Shown: one piece after another, positions 21,548 through 31,239 of the stretch
How positions within the stretch are numbered: position 1 is the first letter of the stretch
Layout: the number at the start of each line of letters is the position of its first letter
Source of the DNA: Candidatus Kapaibacterium sp.
GTDB taxonomy: Bacteria; Bacteroidota; Ignavibacteria; Kapaibacteriales; UBA2268
Assembly (NCBI GenBank): GCA_963665665.1
Contig: OY762428.1
Span: forward strand, 4,672,001 to 4,736,000
Direction of reading: 5' to 3'
Length of the DNA stretch: 64,000 nucleotides
Translations under genes and position numbers: made by a program
Notes under the pieces: generated by a model
Told to the model about the DNA's origin: nothing
Database searches by the model: none
The model's input: only the letters and a program-made list of their open reading frames with translations

Positions 21548-23179
21548 ATGGCAGAAGCCGTAAATGAAAAAAAATATACAAATTTTCTTGAATATAAAGG
21601 CCGTTTCAAGGGGATTTTTGGTTGGATATTTTCCACTGACCATAAGAGAGTTGGAATTCTATACTTATGGTCGATCCTGATTTTCTTCCTTGGAGGCGTT
21701 CTGCTTGGATTCCTTATGAGACTTGAAATGCTCTCTCAGGGCCCGACAATAATGGATGCTCAGACCTATAATGCACTCTTTACTTTGCACGGGATAATAA
21801 TGATTTTTCTTGTTATTGTTCCGGGTATTCCGGCAGCATTCGGAAATTTTTTCCTTCCGCTACAAATTGGAGCTGAGGATGTTTCATTTCCAAGATTAAA
21901 TATACTTTCATGGTGGCTTTATACTATTGGCGGGCTGTTCGCACTGTTATCATTATTCCTGTCCGGAGGTCCTATCGATACCGGCTGGACTTTCTACGTC
22001 CCATATTCAATTAGAACAACTACAGAAGTTATTTTGCCCCTGACTGCCGCTTTTATATTAGGATTCTCATCCATACTTACCGGGCTGAATTTTGTTACCA
22101 CAGTCCACAGGCTTCGAGCCAAAGGTATGGGATTCTTCAAAATGCCATTATTTGTTTGGTCATTGTATTCAACAGCATGGATTCAGATAATTGCAACTCC
22201 GGTTGTTGGTATGACAATAATACTTGTTATTCTGGAAAGAACTTTCCAGGTGGGTATATTTGATCCCGCATTGGGTGGCGATCCATTATTATTCCAGCAT
22301 CTGTTCTGGATTTATTCTCACCCGGCTGTTTATATCATGATCCTTCCTGCCATGGGAGTAGTTTCAGAAATTATCCCGACATTTGCCCGGCGAACAATTT
22401 TCGGATATAAAGCGATTGCTTTTTCGAGCCTCGCTATTGCCTTTGTTGGTTACCTTGTTTGGGGACACCACATGTTTACCAGCGGTATCAGTGATGAGGC
22501 AAGGTGGATTTTCTCTTTTATGACTTTCATTGTTGCCATACCCAGCGGGGTTAAAGTATTCAACTGGGTTGCAACCCTATACAAAGGCTCAATAGAGCCG
22601 GGGGTGCCGTTACTATATGTTATGGCATTCATTTTCCTTTTCTCAATAGGAGGTCTAACCGGCCTTGTCCTCGGTTCCTTATCAACGGATATTCACCTTC
22701 ACGATACATATTTCGTGCCGGCACATTTCCATTACGTTATGTTTGGCGGCACGGTTTTCATATTTTTTGCAGCCATGCACTATTGGTTCCCCAAAATGTA
22801 CGGCAGGATGTATAATGAAAAAGTTGCAAAAATTGCTCTGGCAATTATGTTTGGCGGATTCAATATGCTTTACTTCCCGTTCTTCCTGCTGGGATATTTC
22901 GGTATGCCCCGCAGATATTTCGATTATCTTCCCGAATTCGGTACGCTTCACCATTTGTCAACCGTAGGTTCATGGGTTCTGATACTCGGATTGATAATCA
23001 TGATTGTAAATCTGATAAAAGGCTTAAGAAGCGGGGAGAAGGCAGGCAGAAATCCCTGGGGCGGTATGACACTGGAATGGACAGTTCCATCGCCGCCGCC
23101 TCACGAGAATTTCTTTGAACCGCCAGTTGTGAAGCATGGCCCTTATGATTATGAATTTTTCAGGGAGGAAGAAGATTGA
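21548..23179 (+). CDS. ctaD: Heme-copper oxidase subunit I, A2 type
   Basis: TDHKR, FTLHG, YSHPAVY (A2 YS signature), WGHHMF, HDTYF..AHFHY, GMPRRY. Confidence 0.96.
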   Translation: MAEAVNEKKYTNFLEYKGRFKGIFGWIFSTDHKRVGILYLWSILIFFLGGVLLGFLMRLEMLSQGPTIMDAQTYNALFTLHGIIMIFLVIVPGIPAAFGNFFLPLQIGAEDVSFPRLNILSWWLYTIGGLFALLSLFLSGGPIDTGWTFYVPYSIRTTTEVILPLTAAFILGFSSILTGLNFVTTVHRLRAKGMGFFKMPLFVWSLYSTAWIQIIATPVVGMTIILVILERTFQVGIFDPALGGDPLLFQHLFWIYSHPAVYIMILPAMGVVSEIIPTFARRTIFGYKAIAFSSLAIAFVGYLVWGHHMFTSGISDEARWIFSFMTFIVAIPSGVKVFNWVATLYKGSIEPGVPLLYVMAFIFLFSIGGLTGLVLGSLSTDIHLHDTYFVPAHFHYVMFGGTVFIFFAAMHYWFPKMYGRMYNEKVAKIALAIMFGGFNMLYFPFFLLGYFGMPRRYFDYLPEFGTLHHLSTVGSWVLILGLIIMIVNLIKGLRSGEKAGRNPWGGMTLEWTVPSPPPHENFFEPPVVKHGPYDYEFFREEED

Positions 23180-23802
23180 GCCAGTCAGAACATTCACAAA
23201 GTGTGGGGCACGCCCACAGAGATGATTTCGGCGCAAAAATGGGTATGTGGTTATTCCTCTTTACCGAATTGCTTTTATTTGGAGGTATGTTCATTCTTTA
23301 TATGGCATACAGAATGGAATTCTCCGATGCATTTCATATTGCAGCCAAGGAGCTTAGTGTTGGCGTGGGTACGCTGAATACTATAATACTTCTCACGAGC
23401 AGTCTGACAATGGCTCTTGCTATTGCAGCCCTTCAAAGGGGCCGGAAGGCTCTCTCGCTGATGTTTCTTTCCTCGACAATTGTATTTGCCCTGCTATTCA
23501 TGGTAAATAAATATTTCGAATGGTCAGCAAAGATACATCATGGAATATTTCCGGGATCCGAAGAATTAGCTAACAGGCCGGACGGGGAGATTATGTTCTT
23601 CGGCCTCTATTATGTAATGACGGGCCTTCATGGATTGCACGTCATAATTGGTATCACAATAATTGTATTTATGATGGTATTTATTATCAGGGGATCGATC
23701 AACCGTGATAAAAATGTAATGCTTGAAAATGCCGGACTTTACTGGCATCTGGTTGATCTTATCTGGATATTTCTGTTTCCCCTGTTTTATCTCATTCAAT
23801 AA
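23176..23802 (+). CDS. ctaE: Heme-copper oxidase subunit III
   Basis: GMWLFLFTELLLFGG, TGLHGLHV, GLYWHLVDLIWIFLFPL. Confidence 0.95.
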   Translation: MSQSEHSQSVGHAHRDDFGAKMGMWLFLFTELLLFGGMFILYMAYRMEFSDAFHIAAKELSVGVGTLNTIILLTSSLTMALAIAALQRGRKALSLMFLSSTIVFALLFMVNKYFEWSAKIHHGIFPGSEELANRPDGEIMFFGLYYVMTGLHGLHVIIGITIIVFMMVFIIRGSINRDKNVMLENAGLYWHLVDLIWIFLFPLFYLIQ

Positions 23803-23834
23803 GAAATTATCTCATACAGTAGGAAATTATTGCT

Positions 23835-24131
23835 ATGTCGCAAGAAAACAGCAAACATGATCATTCAATCGGATACGGCGCTTATGTGCTGGTATGGCTC
23901 AGTTTGTTATCACTAACAGTAATTACTGTTGCAGTAGCAGGAATTGACCTTGGAGGATATATCCTGCCTGTTGCATTATTTGTTGCAGCAGTGAAGTCTT
24001 TCCTGGTGATAAACGTGTTCATGCATATAAAATTCGATGAATTGATCTTTAAAGTTTTTATCGGGGTGACTCTGTTAATATTGGTTGCCGTTTTTGCATT
24101 AACTGCATTCGACCTGGCTACCAGGTTATAG
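23835..24131 (+). CDS. ctaF: Heme-copper oxidase subunit IV
   Basis: Three TMs with K..LV..VFMHIKF motif. Confidence 0.9.
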   Translation: MSQENSKHDHSIGYGAYVLVWLSLLSLTVITVAVAGIDLGGYILPVALFVAAVKSFLVINVFMHIKFDELIFKVFIGVTLLILVAVFALTAFDLATRL

Positions 24132-24163
24132 CATTTTTAATGATTAAATAATAGGTATGTGAA

Positions 24164-25159
24164 ATGTTATTATCCGGCGCTACAAATTATGCAGAATCTG
24201 TTGACAACTATATGATAGTTGTTGTAATTGCTTTTGTAATTATCCTTTTTGGGGTTACAGCTGCGATGATTTATTTTGTTGTTAAATATAACCGAAAAAA
24301 ACACCCCAAGGCTAAACAGATAGAAGGTCATATCGGGCTTGAAATATTATGGATTGGGATTCCTACTATACTGGTTCTTATTATGTTCTGGTATGGCTAC
24401 GAGGGGTATAATAATTTACGTCAGGATGCTACGGCTGCTATGACAGTAAATGTTACTGGAAGAATGTGGGAATGGTCGTTCAAATACGAGAATGATAAGA
24501 AAACTGATACTCTTTATGTACCTGTGAACAGAACAACCAAACTGGAGATGATTTCCGCAGATGTTAACCACAGTTTATATATACCTGCATTCAGGCTCAA
24601 GGAAGATGTTATCGGCAGTCGTACAACATATATGATACTTAAACCTAAGGAAGTTGGCGCTTATGACATAGCTTGTGCCGAGTATTGCGGTGTTAATCAT
24701 GCTTATATGTACACCAAACTGGTTGTGCTGCCCGAAGATGTTTTTGACTCATGGCTTGAAAGCGATGCTGTTTCTGCCGCTATTCCTGATGAAATAATGG
24801 ATAAAAAATCCAAAGATATTTTCGAAAATGATGAAAGCTCTATTGAAGAAATAAATGAAGCTGATGCTCTGGCTTTGTTAAAGGAAAAAGGCTGCATTAC
24901 CTGCCACAGTACAGACGGATCACAGAAAATCGGCCCTTCATTTAAAAATCTTGAGAGCGGAAAAGTTGTTGTTATTGCCGAAGAAGAAGAAAAAGAAATC
25001 ACTATTGACGAAGATTACCTGAGAAGAGCAATCATGGATCCTAATGCTGATATTGTTAAAGGCTATACTAAATATATGATGCCTGATAACAAAGGAAAGA
25101 TAAGCGATGAAGAATTGGAACTTATGGTTAAATACCTGAAAAGTATTGTAAATAATTGA
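24164..25159 (+). CDS. ctaC: Heme-copper oxidase subunit II with C-terminal cytochrome c domain
   Basis: LEILW..IP, DVNHS, CuA motif CAEYCGVNHAYM, single CITCH heme motif. Confidence 0.95.
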   Translation: MLLSGATNYAESVDNYMIVVVIAFVIILFGVTAAMIYFVVKYNRKKHPKAKQIEGHIGLEILWIGIPTILVLIMFWYGYEGYNNLRQDATAAMTVNVTGRMWEWSFKYENDKKTDTLYVPVNRTTKLEMISADVNHSLYIPAFRLKEDVIGSRTTYMILKPKEVGAYDIACAEYCGVNHAYMYTKLVVLPEDVFDSWLESDAVSAAIPDEIMDKKSKDIFENDESSIEEINEADALALLKEKGCITCHSTDGSQKIGPSFKNLESGKVVVIAEEEEKEITIDEDYLRRAIMDPNADIVKGYTKYMMPDNKGKISDEELELMVKYLKSIVNN

Positions 25160-25252
25160 CTTTCTGAAGGCATTAAACTTGATTTGTCAGTTGTAATACA
25201 CCAATAGAGTATCAGATAAGTTTGTAAATCTAAATATTAATTAATAAAATAA

Positions 25253-26119
25253 ATGAAAAGTAAATTATTAAATAATCTGAGTGAATTAGGGAAAGTAAGA
25301 ATTGTTTTCTTTGTTGCCTTATCAACTTCTGTTGGCTACGTATTGGCAAAGGGAAGCGCTGCATGGGATATGATCTATCCTGTTTTGGGTGTGTTTCTAC
25401 TTTCCTACGGTTCATCGGCTATAAATGAGATTCAGGAGTGGCGCAAAGACGCACTAATGAAAAGAACAATGAACAGGCCTGTACCATCAGGCTCGATGAG
25501 CCTTTTGAGTGCCCTTATTATTGCTTTTGCTACAGTAATTTCCGGTAGTTTTATTCTCTATTACTTTGTGGGCCTGCAGGCTTTTATTCTCGGTCTGGCC
25601 GCGCTGATTTGGTATAATGCTATTTATACACCACTTAAAACTGTTACATCTCTTGCTGTTGTGCCGGGTGCAGTTGTCGGCGCATTGCCTCCGGTAATCG
25701 GCTGGGTTGGCGGAGGTGGACATTTTCTTGATCCCCAGGCATTATCTCTTAGCTTATTTTTCTTCATCTGGCAGGTTCCTCATTTCTGGCTTTTAATGCT
25801 AATTTTTGAAGATGATTACAGAAATGCCGGATTCCCTGTTCTGACAGATAAATTCAGTAAATCCCAGATAACCAGGATGACTTATGCATGGATTATCGCA
25901 CTTGTTGTAAGTTGTTTGCTGATACCCTCACTTTCGACTGTTTCATCAGGTTTAATAACAGACGGCATACTTCTTCTTTCGGGTATTTGGCTGATATACA
26001 GGACACGTTTGCTTTGGAAACAATACCAACCTGATAATAATTATCGGGCTGCTTTCATGCAGGTGAATTTTTATGTACTGGGAGTTTCGATACTTCTCGC
26101 TTTTGACAAATTATTTTAA
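25253..26119 (+). CDS. ctaB: Protoheme IX farnesyltransferase (heme O synthase)
   Basis: DALMKRTMNRPVPSG, YTPLK, GALPPVIGW, WQVPHFW, DDYRNAG. Confidence 0.94.
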   Translation: MKSKLLNNLSELGKVRIVFFVALSTSVGYVLAKGSAAWDMIYPVLGVFLLSYGSSAINEIQEWRKDALMKRTMNRPVPSGSMSLLSALIIAFATVISGSFILYYFVGLQAFILGLAALIWYNAIYTPLKTVTSLAVVPGAVVGALPPVIGWVGGGGHFLDPQALSLSLFFFIWQVPHFWLLMLIFEDDYRNAGFPVLTDKFSKSQITRMTYAWIIALVVSCLLIPSLSTVSSGLITDGILLLSGIWLIYRTRLLWKQYQPDNNYRAAFMQVNFYVLGVSILLAFDKLF

Positions 26120-26170
26120 TCTTGTATTAAATAGGTAAAATGATCAATAGTAGTGAAAATATTATGAGAA

Positions 26171-26245
26171 TAACCTCCCCAACTCCTCCGAAGGAGTGGA
26201 TGAAATAATTTTGTCTTCCCCTTAGGTGAGGGTTGGGAGGGGTCA
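26171..26245. repeat. 75-bp palindromic REP/MITE-like element, copy 1
   Basis: TAACCTCCCCAACTCCTCC...GAGGGTTGGGAGGGGTCA; reverse complement closely matches 48068-48142. Confidence 0.8.
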
Positions 26246-26312
26246 TTGATTTATTGATTATTTAGTGTTATTTTTTTTAATCTTATGTTTTGCTAACAAA
26301 TAAGAAAATGAT

Positions 26313-27668
26313 ATGGATATTTTAGACAGTCTGGTAATTCCTCAGTCAGCAGAAAACCTGACAGCGCTGCAATACCTTATGGGGCTGGCAAAAATTATAT
26401 TTACGATATATGCCGGAGTACTATTCGGATCATCACTTTTTTCGGTTTATTATGATCTATTGAGTAAAAGTGCTGATTACGACCGCAATAAAAGAGCAGC
26501 AAAAGACTTTGTTGACCTGATAACTGGCAGTAAAATGTTTGCTTTCGGGCTTGGAATTGTGCCATTCCTCGGGATAATAATTATCTACCAGGAATTGCTT
26601 AGCGGTTCAGGTGCACCGGTTGTTGGCTGGCTGATAATATCATTTGTCTTATTCATTGCCAGCATACTTTTTATCTACGCATATAAGCATGCGCTCCATA
26701 TTGATACCCTATTAAAAAAGATTAAAAACAAAACTACATTATCCGAAGATGATGAGGACTTTGATGATTTGGACGTGTATAATAAAGCAGCATCAAGTGT
26801 CAGGGTTAGGAGCGGATTCTGGACATTCATTCTGATCCTGGTATCAATGAGGATATATCTTGCTGCTACTTCTATTGCCGAAAATCCTGCTGATTGGGAT
26901 ACCGGTTTCTGGGGTATGATGTTTTCCGGATCAACTATTATCAGGTTCATCCATTTTATTGCCTCCGGGCTGGCTGTTACCGGTATAGCATTTGTTGTAA
27001 AGAAATTCTACTGGGATAAACACACTCTTGGTAAAGATGAAATTTACAATACCTTTATTAAAAGGTTCAGTCTTTCAGTTGCATTGATTTTTACGGCGGT
27101 ACAGCCTTTGTTCCTGGTTCTTAACCTGATGCTTACTCCAAAGGAGGCACTCTCTTCATTCATGTTCGGAATAACAATAATTGTTATGGCGCTCGTTCTG
27201 ATTGCAGCACACATGATCTATAATATGATCAGAAAACGCAGCCCGAAGTTTGCAGTGTCATCATTTTATGTTGTAATTCTTGTTGTTGCTTTCGTTATTG
27301 TGAAGGAGCAGGTTGCTTTTTCGGTTGCGAATAAACAGAATCAGCTTGTTATGGCTAATTCGTTCGAGGATATGCATGCCGAGATGCTGGCGCAGTCAGG
27401 AAGAGGCGGGGTAGAGATCAATGCCGCAGAAATATATGAAGTTAAATGTACAGCATGCCACATGTTTGACGAGAGGAAAGTCGGGCCGCCCCACCGCGAT
27501 GTTTTACCAAAATATATGGATGACCAGGCTGCTTTGGCTAAATTCCTCCTTAATCCTGTGAAAGTGGATCCTGATTATGATGCCATGCCAAGTCAGGGAT
27601 TGAAACCAAAAGAGGCAGAAGCACTCGCTGAGTATATGATAACCGAGTTCGGTCCAAGATTGAAATAA
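26313..27668 (+). CDS. Polytopic membrane protein with CydA-like segments and C-terminal class I cytochrome c
   Basis: About 9 hydrophobic segments; FWGMMFSGSTIIRFIHFIASGLAVTG resembles CydA FWAVVFNPSTIDRLSHVLSAAMITG; C-terminal CTACH...VGPP...AMP. Confidence 0.75.
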   Translation: MDILDSLVIPQSAENLTALQYLMGLAKIIFTIYAGVLFGSSLFSVYYDLLSKSADYDRNKRAAKDFVDLITGSKMFAFGLGIVPFLGIIIIYQELLSGSGAPVVGWLIISFVLFIASILFIYAYKHALHIDTLLKKIKNKTTLSEDDEDFDDLDVYNKAASSVRVRSGFWTFILILVSMRIYLAATSIAENPADWDTGFWGMMFSGSTIIRFIHFIASGLAVTGIAFVVKKFYWDKHTLGKDEIYNTFIKRFSLSVALIFTAVQPLFLVLNLMLTPKEALSSFMFGITIIVMALVLIAAHMIYNMIRKRSPKFAVSSFYVVILVVAFVIVKEQVAFSVANKQNQLVMANSFEDMHAEMLAQSGRGGVEINAAEIYEVKCTACHMFDERKVGPPHRDVLPKYMDDQAALAKFLLNPVKVDPDYDAMPSQGLKPKEAEALAEYMITEFGPRLK

Positions 27669-27675
27669 TTTTTTA

Positions 27676-27706
27676 AAAAGGGCTGAGATTTCTCAGCCAT
27701 TTTTTT
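27676..27706 (+). terminator. Intrinsic terminator
   Basis: GGCTGAGA-TT-TCTCAGCC followed by a T tract. Confidence 0.7.
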
Positions 27707-27809
27707 ATTTTTTAAACAATTTTTTTTATATTATTCCTTAGTAATTTTTATGATAGAATATTTGTTTAAGGGAATTGAAAATAACTATGGATATTTTTTT
27801 ATAAAATAA

Positions 27810-27830
27810 ATAGGACTGAAAAAATCCTAT
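27810..27830. promoter_or_regulatory. Candidate palindromic operator upstream of cydA
   Basis: ATAGGA-CTGAAAAAA-TCCTAT, about 50 bp before the cydA start. Confidence 0.4.
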
Positions 27831-27881
27831 ATTGTAAATTAGTCAGTTATTCATCAATTATAAATAATTTCAGGAGGCCTT

Positions 27882-29267
27882 ATGCCGGATGCTGAGATAC
27901 TTGCTCGAATACAATTTGCAACAACGGTAGCTTTCCATTATATTTTCCCGCCAATGAGTATTGGCCTGGGATTTTTGCTTGTTATAATGGAAGGAATGTA
28001 CCTGAAAACAAAAAACAAGCTTTACGAGAACATGACGAAATTCTGGGTTAAAGTGTTCTCGCTTATATTTGCAATGGGTGTTGCTACGGGGATTGTTATG
28101 GAATTCCAGTTTGGCACCAATTGGTCAACATATTCCAGGTATGTAGGGGATATTTTCGGAAGTCCGCTGGCAGCGGAAGGAATCTTTGCTTTCTTCCTTG
28201 AATCCGGGTTCCTGGCTATTCTTGTTTTCGGATGGGATAAAGTAAAACCCAGAACCCACTTCATTGCAACCATAATGGTATCTTTCGGATCAATGCTTAG
28301 TGCTGTTTGGATTATTGTTGCCAATAGCTGGCAGCAGACACCGGGGAAGATTGGCGAAACTTTCCACATAGTCGGTGAAGGTGTAAATGCCCGGGCTGAA
28401 ATACTTGATTTCTGGGCTGTTGTATTCAATCCGTCTACAATCGACAGGCTTTCTCATGTTTTATCAGCTGCCATGATTACTGGTGCTTTCCTTGTTTTGA
28501 GTGTCAGCGCCTATTACCTTATCAAAAAACGCCACCAGGAATTTGCCAAGGCTTCAATTAAAATAGCTGTTATTCTTGCCGTAGTTACTTCGCTGTTACA
28601 GCTTACAACAGGCCATTCCAGCGCAGACGGTGTTGCTGAGCATCAGCCTGCTAAACTTGCAGCTTTCGAAGGCCACTATGAAACAGGTCCTGCGGATCTT
28701 TACCTGATAGGCTGGGTTAATGAAGAGAGCGGAGAAACCTATGGAATAAAAATCCCCGGTATGCTGTCATTCCTTGTTCACTGGGATAGCGAAAAACCAG
28801 TTACCGGACTTAATGATATACCTATTGATGAAAGGCCGCCCGTTAACATTGTGTTCCAGGCTTATCATATTATGGTGGCAATAGGAATGGCAATAATTCT
28901 TATCTCCTTTATTGCATTATTTATGGCGTACAAGAATAAGTTAGAAACCAATAGATGGTTCCTTAAAATACTTGTTGTATCAATATTGCTGCCTCATGCA
29001 GCCAACCAGATAGGCTGGATAGCCGCCGAGGTCGGCAGGCAGCCATGGATTGTTTACGGCTTGCTTAAAACGCAGGACGCTCTTTCCAAGGTGGTTAATG
29101 CAGAGCAGATATTGTTCTCGCTTGTAATGTTCTCACTTGTTTACACGCTTCTTTTCATACTATTTATATTCCTTCTCGACCGTAAGATAAAACACGGGCC
29201 GGAAGAAACAGGAACAATGGAAGCAACTTATTCCGAACAGAAGACAGTTTTTGGTAACCGCAATTAA
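27882..29267 (+). CDS. cydA: Cytochrome bd quinol oxidase subunit I (short Q-loop)
   Basis: AFHYIF, GIVMEFQFGTNW, RLSH, QPAKLAAFEG, YHIMV, AEVGRQPW. Confidence 0.97.
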   Translation: MPDAEILARIQFATTVAFHYIFPPMSIGLGFLLVIMEGMYLKTKNKLYENMTKFWVKVFSLIFAMGVATGIVMEFQFGTNWSTYSRYVGDIFGSPLAAEGIFAFFLESGFLAILVFGWDKVKPRTHFIATIMVSFGSMLSAVWIIVANSWQQTPGKIGETFHIVGEGVNARAEILDFWAVVFNPSTIDRLSHVLSAAMITGAFLVLSVSAYYLIKKRHQEFAKASIKIAVILAVVTSLLQLTTGHSSADGVAEHQPAKLAAFEGHYETGPADLYLIGWVNEESGETYGIKIPGMLSFLVHWDSEKPVTGLNDIPIDERPPVNIVFQAYHIMVAIGMAIILISFIALFMAYKNKLETNRWFLKILVVSILLPHAANQIGWIAAEVGRQPWIVYGLLKTQDALSKVVNAEQILFSLVMFSLVYTLLFILFIFLLDRKIKHGPEETGTMEATYSEQKTVFGNRN

Positions 29268-29282
29268 TTAAAGGAGATAAAA

Positions 29283-30299
29283 ATGGATTTAAACACAATA
29301 TGGTTTATACTTGTTGGTGTTCTGCTCGGCGGTTATGCTGTTCTTGACGGTTTCGACCTCGGAGTGGGAGCGCTTCACCTTCTTGTTAAGAAGGACCTGG
29401 ATCGCAGGATTATGATAAATTCTATCGGCCCTGTATGGGACGGTAATGAAGTTTGGCTAATAACAGGTGGAGGAGCGCTTTTTGCAGCATTTCCTCATGT
29501 TTATGCTACAGTATTTTCGGGATTTTATACCGCCTTGATGCTGCTGCTGTTTATGATAATTTTCCGGGCAATTGCCATTGAATTCCGCTCCAAGAGAGAG
29601 GGCCTGACCTGGAGAAAAGTCTGGGATATAATGTTCAGCGTTTCAAGCATCCTTATAGCACTTTTAATGGGTGTGGCCCTGGGAAATGTAATAATCGGGG
29701 TTCCGATAACAGCAGAAAAAGAAGCTATTGTCGGGTTGCTGGACCTGCTTAATCCTTATGCTATCATCGTAGGTTTAACAACTGTGGCTTTATTCATGAT
29801 GCACGGTGCAATTTATGCCGCTATGAAAACTGAAGGGGAACTACAGGAGCAGGTAAAAAGCTGGATAAACAAAGCTATTATATTCTTTGTAATTACTTAT
29901 ATATTCACTACAATTGCTACTTTGATATACCAGCCGCACATGCTGAATAACTTTAAGGAATACCCGATTATGTGGGTGATCGTAATTCTGAACATGCTGG
30001 CTATAGCTAACATACCGAGGGAAATCCACAGGGAGAAATATTTCATGGCATTTATTTCATCAGTTTCAAGTATTCTTGCCCTGATGCTTCTATTTGCCTT
30101 CGGCATTTTTCCGAACATTGTGCTGTCAAGCCCGAACCCGGAACACAGCCTGACAATTTACAATGCTGCATCCTCGCAGCAGACCCTGGAAACAATGCTG
30201 ATTATGGCAGCCATTGGTATGCCATTCGTAATATCGTATACAATCAGTATTTACTGGATATTCCGAGGAAAAGTAAAGATTAACTCTATGAGCTATTGA
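29283..30299 (+). CDS. cydB: Cytochrome bd quinol oxidase subunit II
   Basis: LDGFDLGVG, GPVWDGNEVWL, LTIYNAASS, YWIFRGKV. Confidence 0.97.
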   Translation: MDLNTIWFILVGVLLGGYAVLDGFDLGVGALHLLVKKDLDRRIMINSIGPVWDGNEVWLITGGGALFAAFPHVYATVFSGFYTALMLLLFMIIFRAIAIEFRSKREGLTWRKVWDIMFSVSSILIALLMGVALGNVIIGVPITAEKEAIVGLLDLLNPYAIIVGLTTVALFMMHGAIYAAMKTEGELQEQVKSWINKAIIFFVITYIFTTIATLIYQPHMLNNFKEYPIMWVIVILNMLAIANIPREIHREKYFMAFISSVSSILALMLLFAFGIFPNIVLSSPNPEHSLTIYNAASSQQTLETMLIMAAIGMPFVISYTISIYWIFRGKVKINSMSY

Positions 30300-30322
30300 T
30301 AATGGGCTAAGTGATTTTAAAG

Positions 30323-30360
30323 AAAAATCCCGGTTGGTTATGGCTAATCGGGTTTTTTTT
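30323..30360. terminator. Intrinsic (possibly bidirectional) terminator
   Basis: AAAAATCCCGGTTGG...CTAATCGGGTTTTTTTT after cydB, facing a convergent gene. Confidence 0.7.
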
Positions 30361-30582
30361 CAATCCAACATTAAATGACATTACCCTAAAATAGAAATAT
30401 TTTTGTTATTGGGCAAACAATCCCCAAAAATACATAATCTAAAATTTTATTCTTTACAGCTTTTTTAATTCTGTTTGTTCAATATCAGGCGAATAACAAT
30501 TCACATCCATGCAAAGAGTGAATGTTGAAGAAAGTAATTTTATATGAATAGAATGAGTAATATAGTGTTTTAATCATATTCC

Positions 30583-31239
30583 TCATACGTCAATTTTAAT
30601 TATCCCTTTTTCAAGGCCGGCACGTATCAGCTGGGCAGTGTTGCCACAATTTAGTTTCTCAAGCAGTCTTTTTCTGTGTGTATTCACAGTACCGGAACTT
30701 ATTTGAAGCATTTCGGCTATCTGCATACTTGTGAATCCGTCGAATATCAGCCTGAGTATTTCAGTTTCACGTTTTGTCAGTTCCATATTTTTTGTGTCTC
30801 GTCCTGTAATAGGAGGCAGGTAATTTTCAACGATCAATTTCTGATAGCTAGAACCGTAGTAGCTACCTTTTTCATGCAATTCATAAACAGCTTTTAGTAA
30901 TTGCTGCCCATGAGCGTTTCTTTTCAGCATGAAACCAGTTACACCTGACTGGACAATCTTATCAATTGTTTCCTTATCTGATTTATTACTCATCAACAGG
31001 GTTTTTATTTCCGGATGCCATGATGCAAGTATTTCAACAAGCCTAAGGCCGCTTAGCCCCGGCATTCCATAGTCCAGAATGATAATATCGGTACGGATGT
31101 TTCCAAGAAGGTCAATAACTTCTCTTCCGCTTTCGGCTATGGCTACAATCCTGAAGTTTCCGTCTTCTTCCAGAATAGCTCTTACTATTTCTGCAAATAG
31201 TTTATTTTTATCGGCAAGTATTACGTTAATCTTTTTCAT
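30583..31239 (-). CDS. NarL/FixJ-family response regulator (REC + LuxR HTH), orphan
   Basis: ILDYGMPGLSG receiver, LTKRETEIL...TVNTHRKRLLEKL HTH. Confidence 0.92.
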   Translation of the reverse strand: MKKINVILADKNKLFAEIVRAILEEDGNFRIVAIAESGREVIDLLGNIRTDIIILDYGMPGLSGLRLVEILASWHPEIKTLLMSNKSDKETIDKIVQSGVTGFMLKRNAHGQQLLKAVYELHEKGSYYGSSYQKLIVENYLPPITGRDTKNMELTKRETEILRLIFDGFTSMQIAEMLQISSGTVNTHRKRLLEKLNCGNTAQLIRAGLEKGIIKIDV

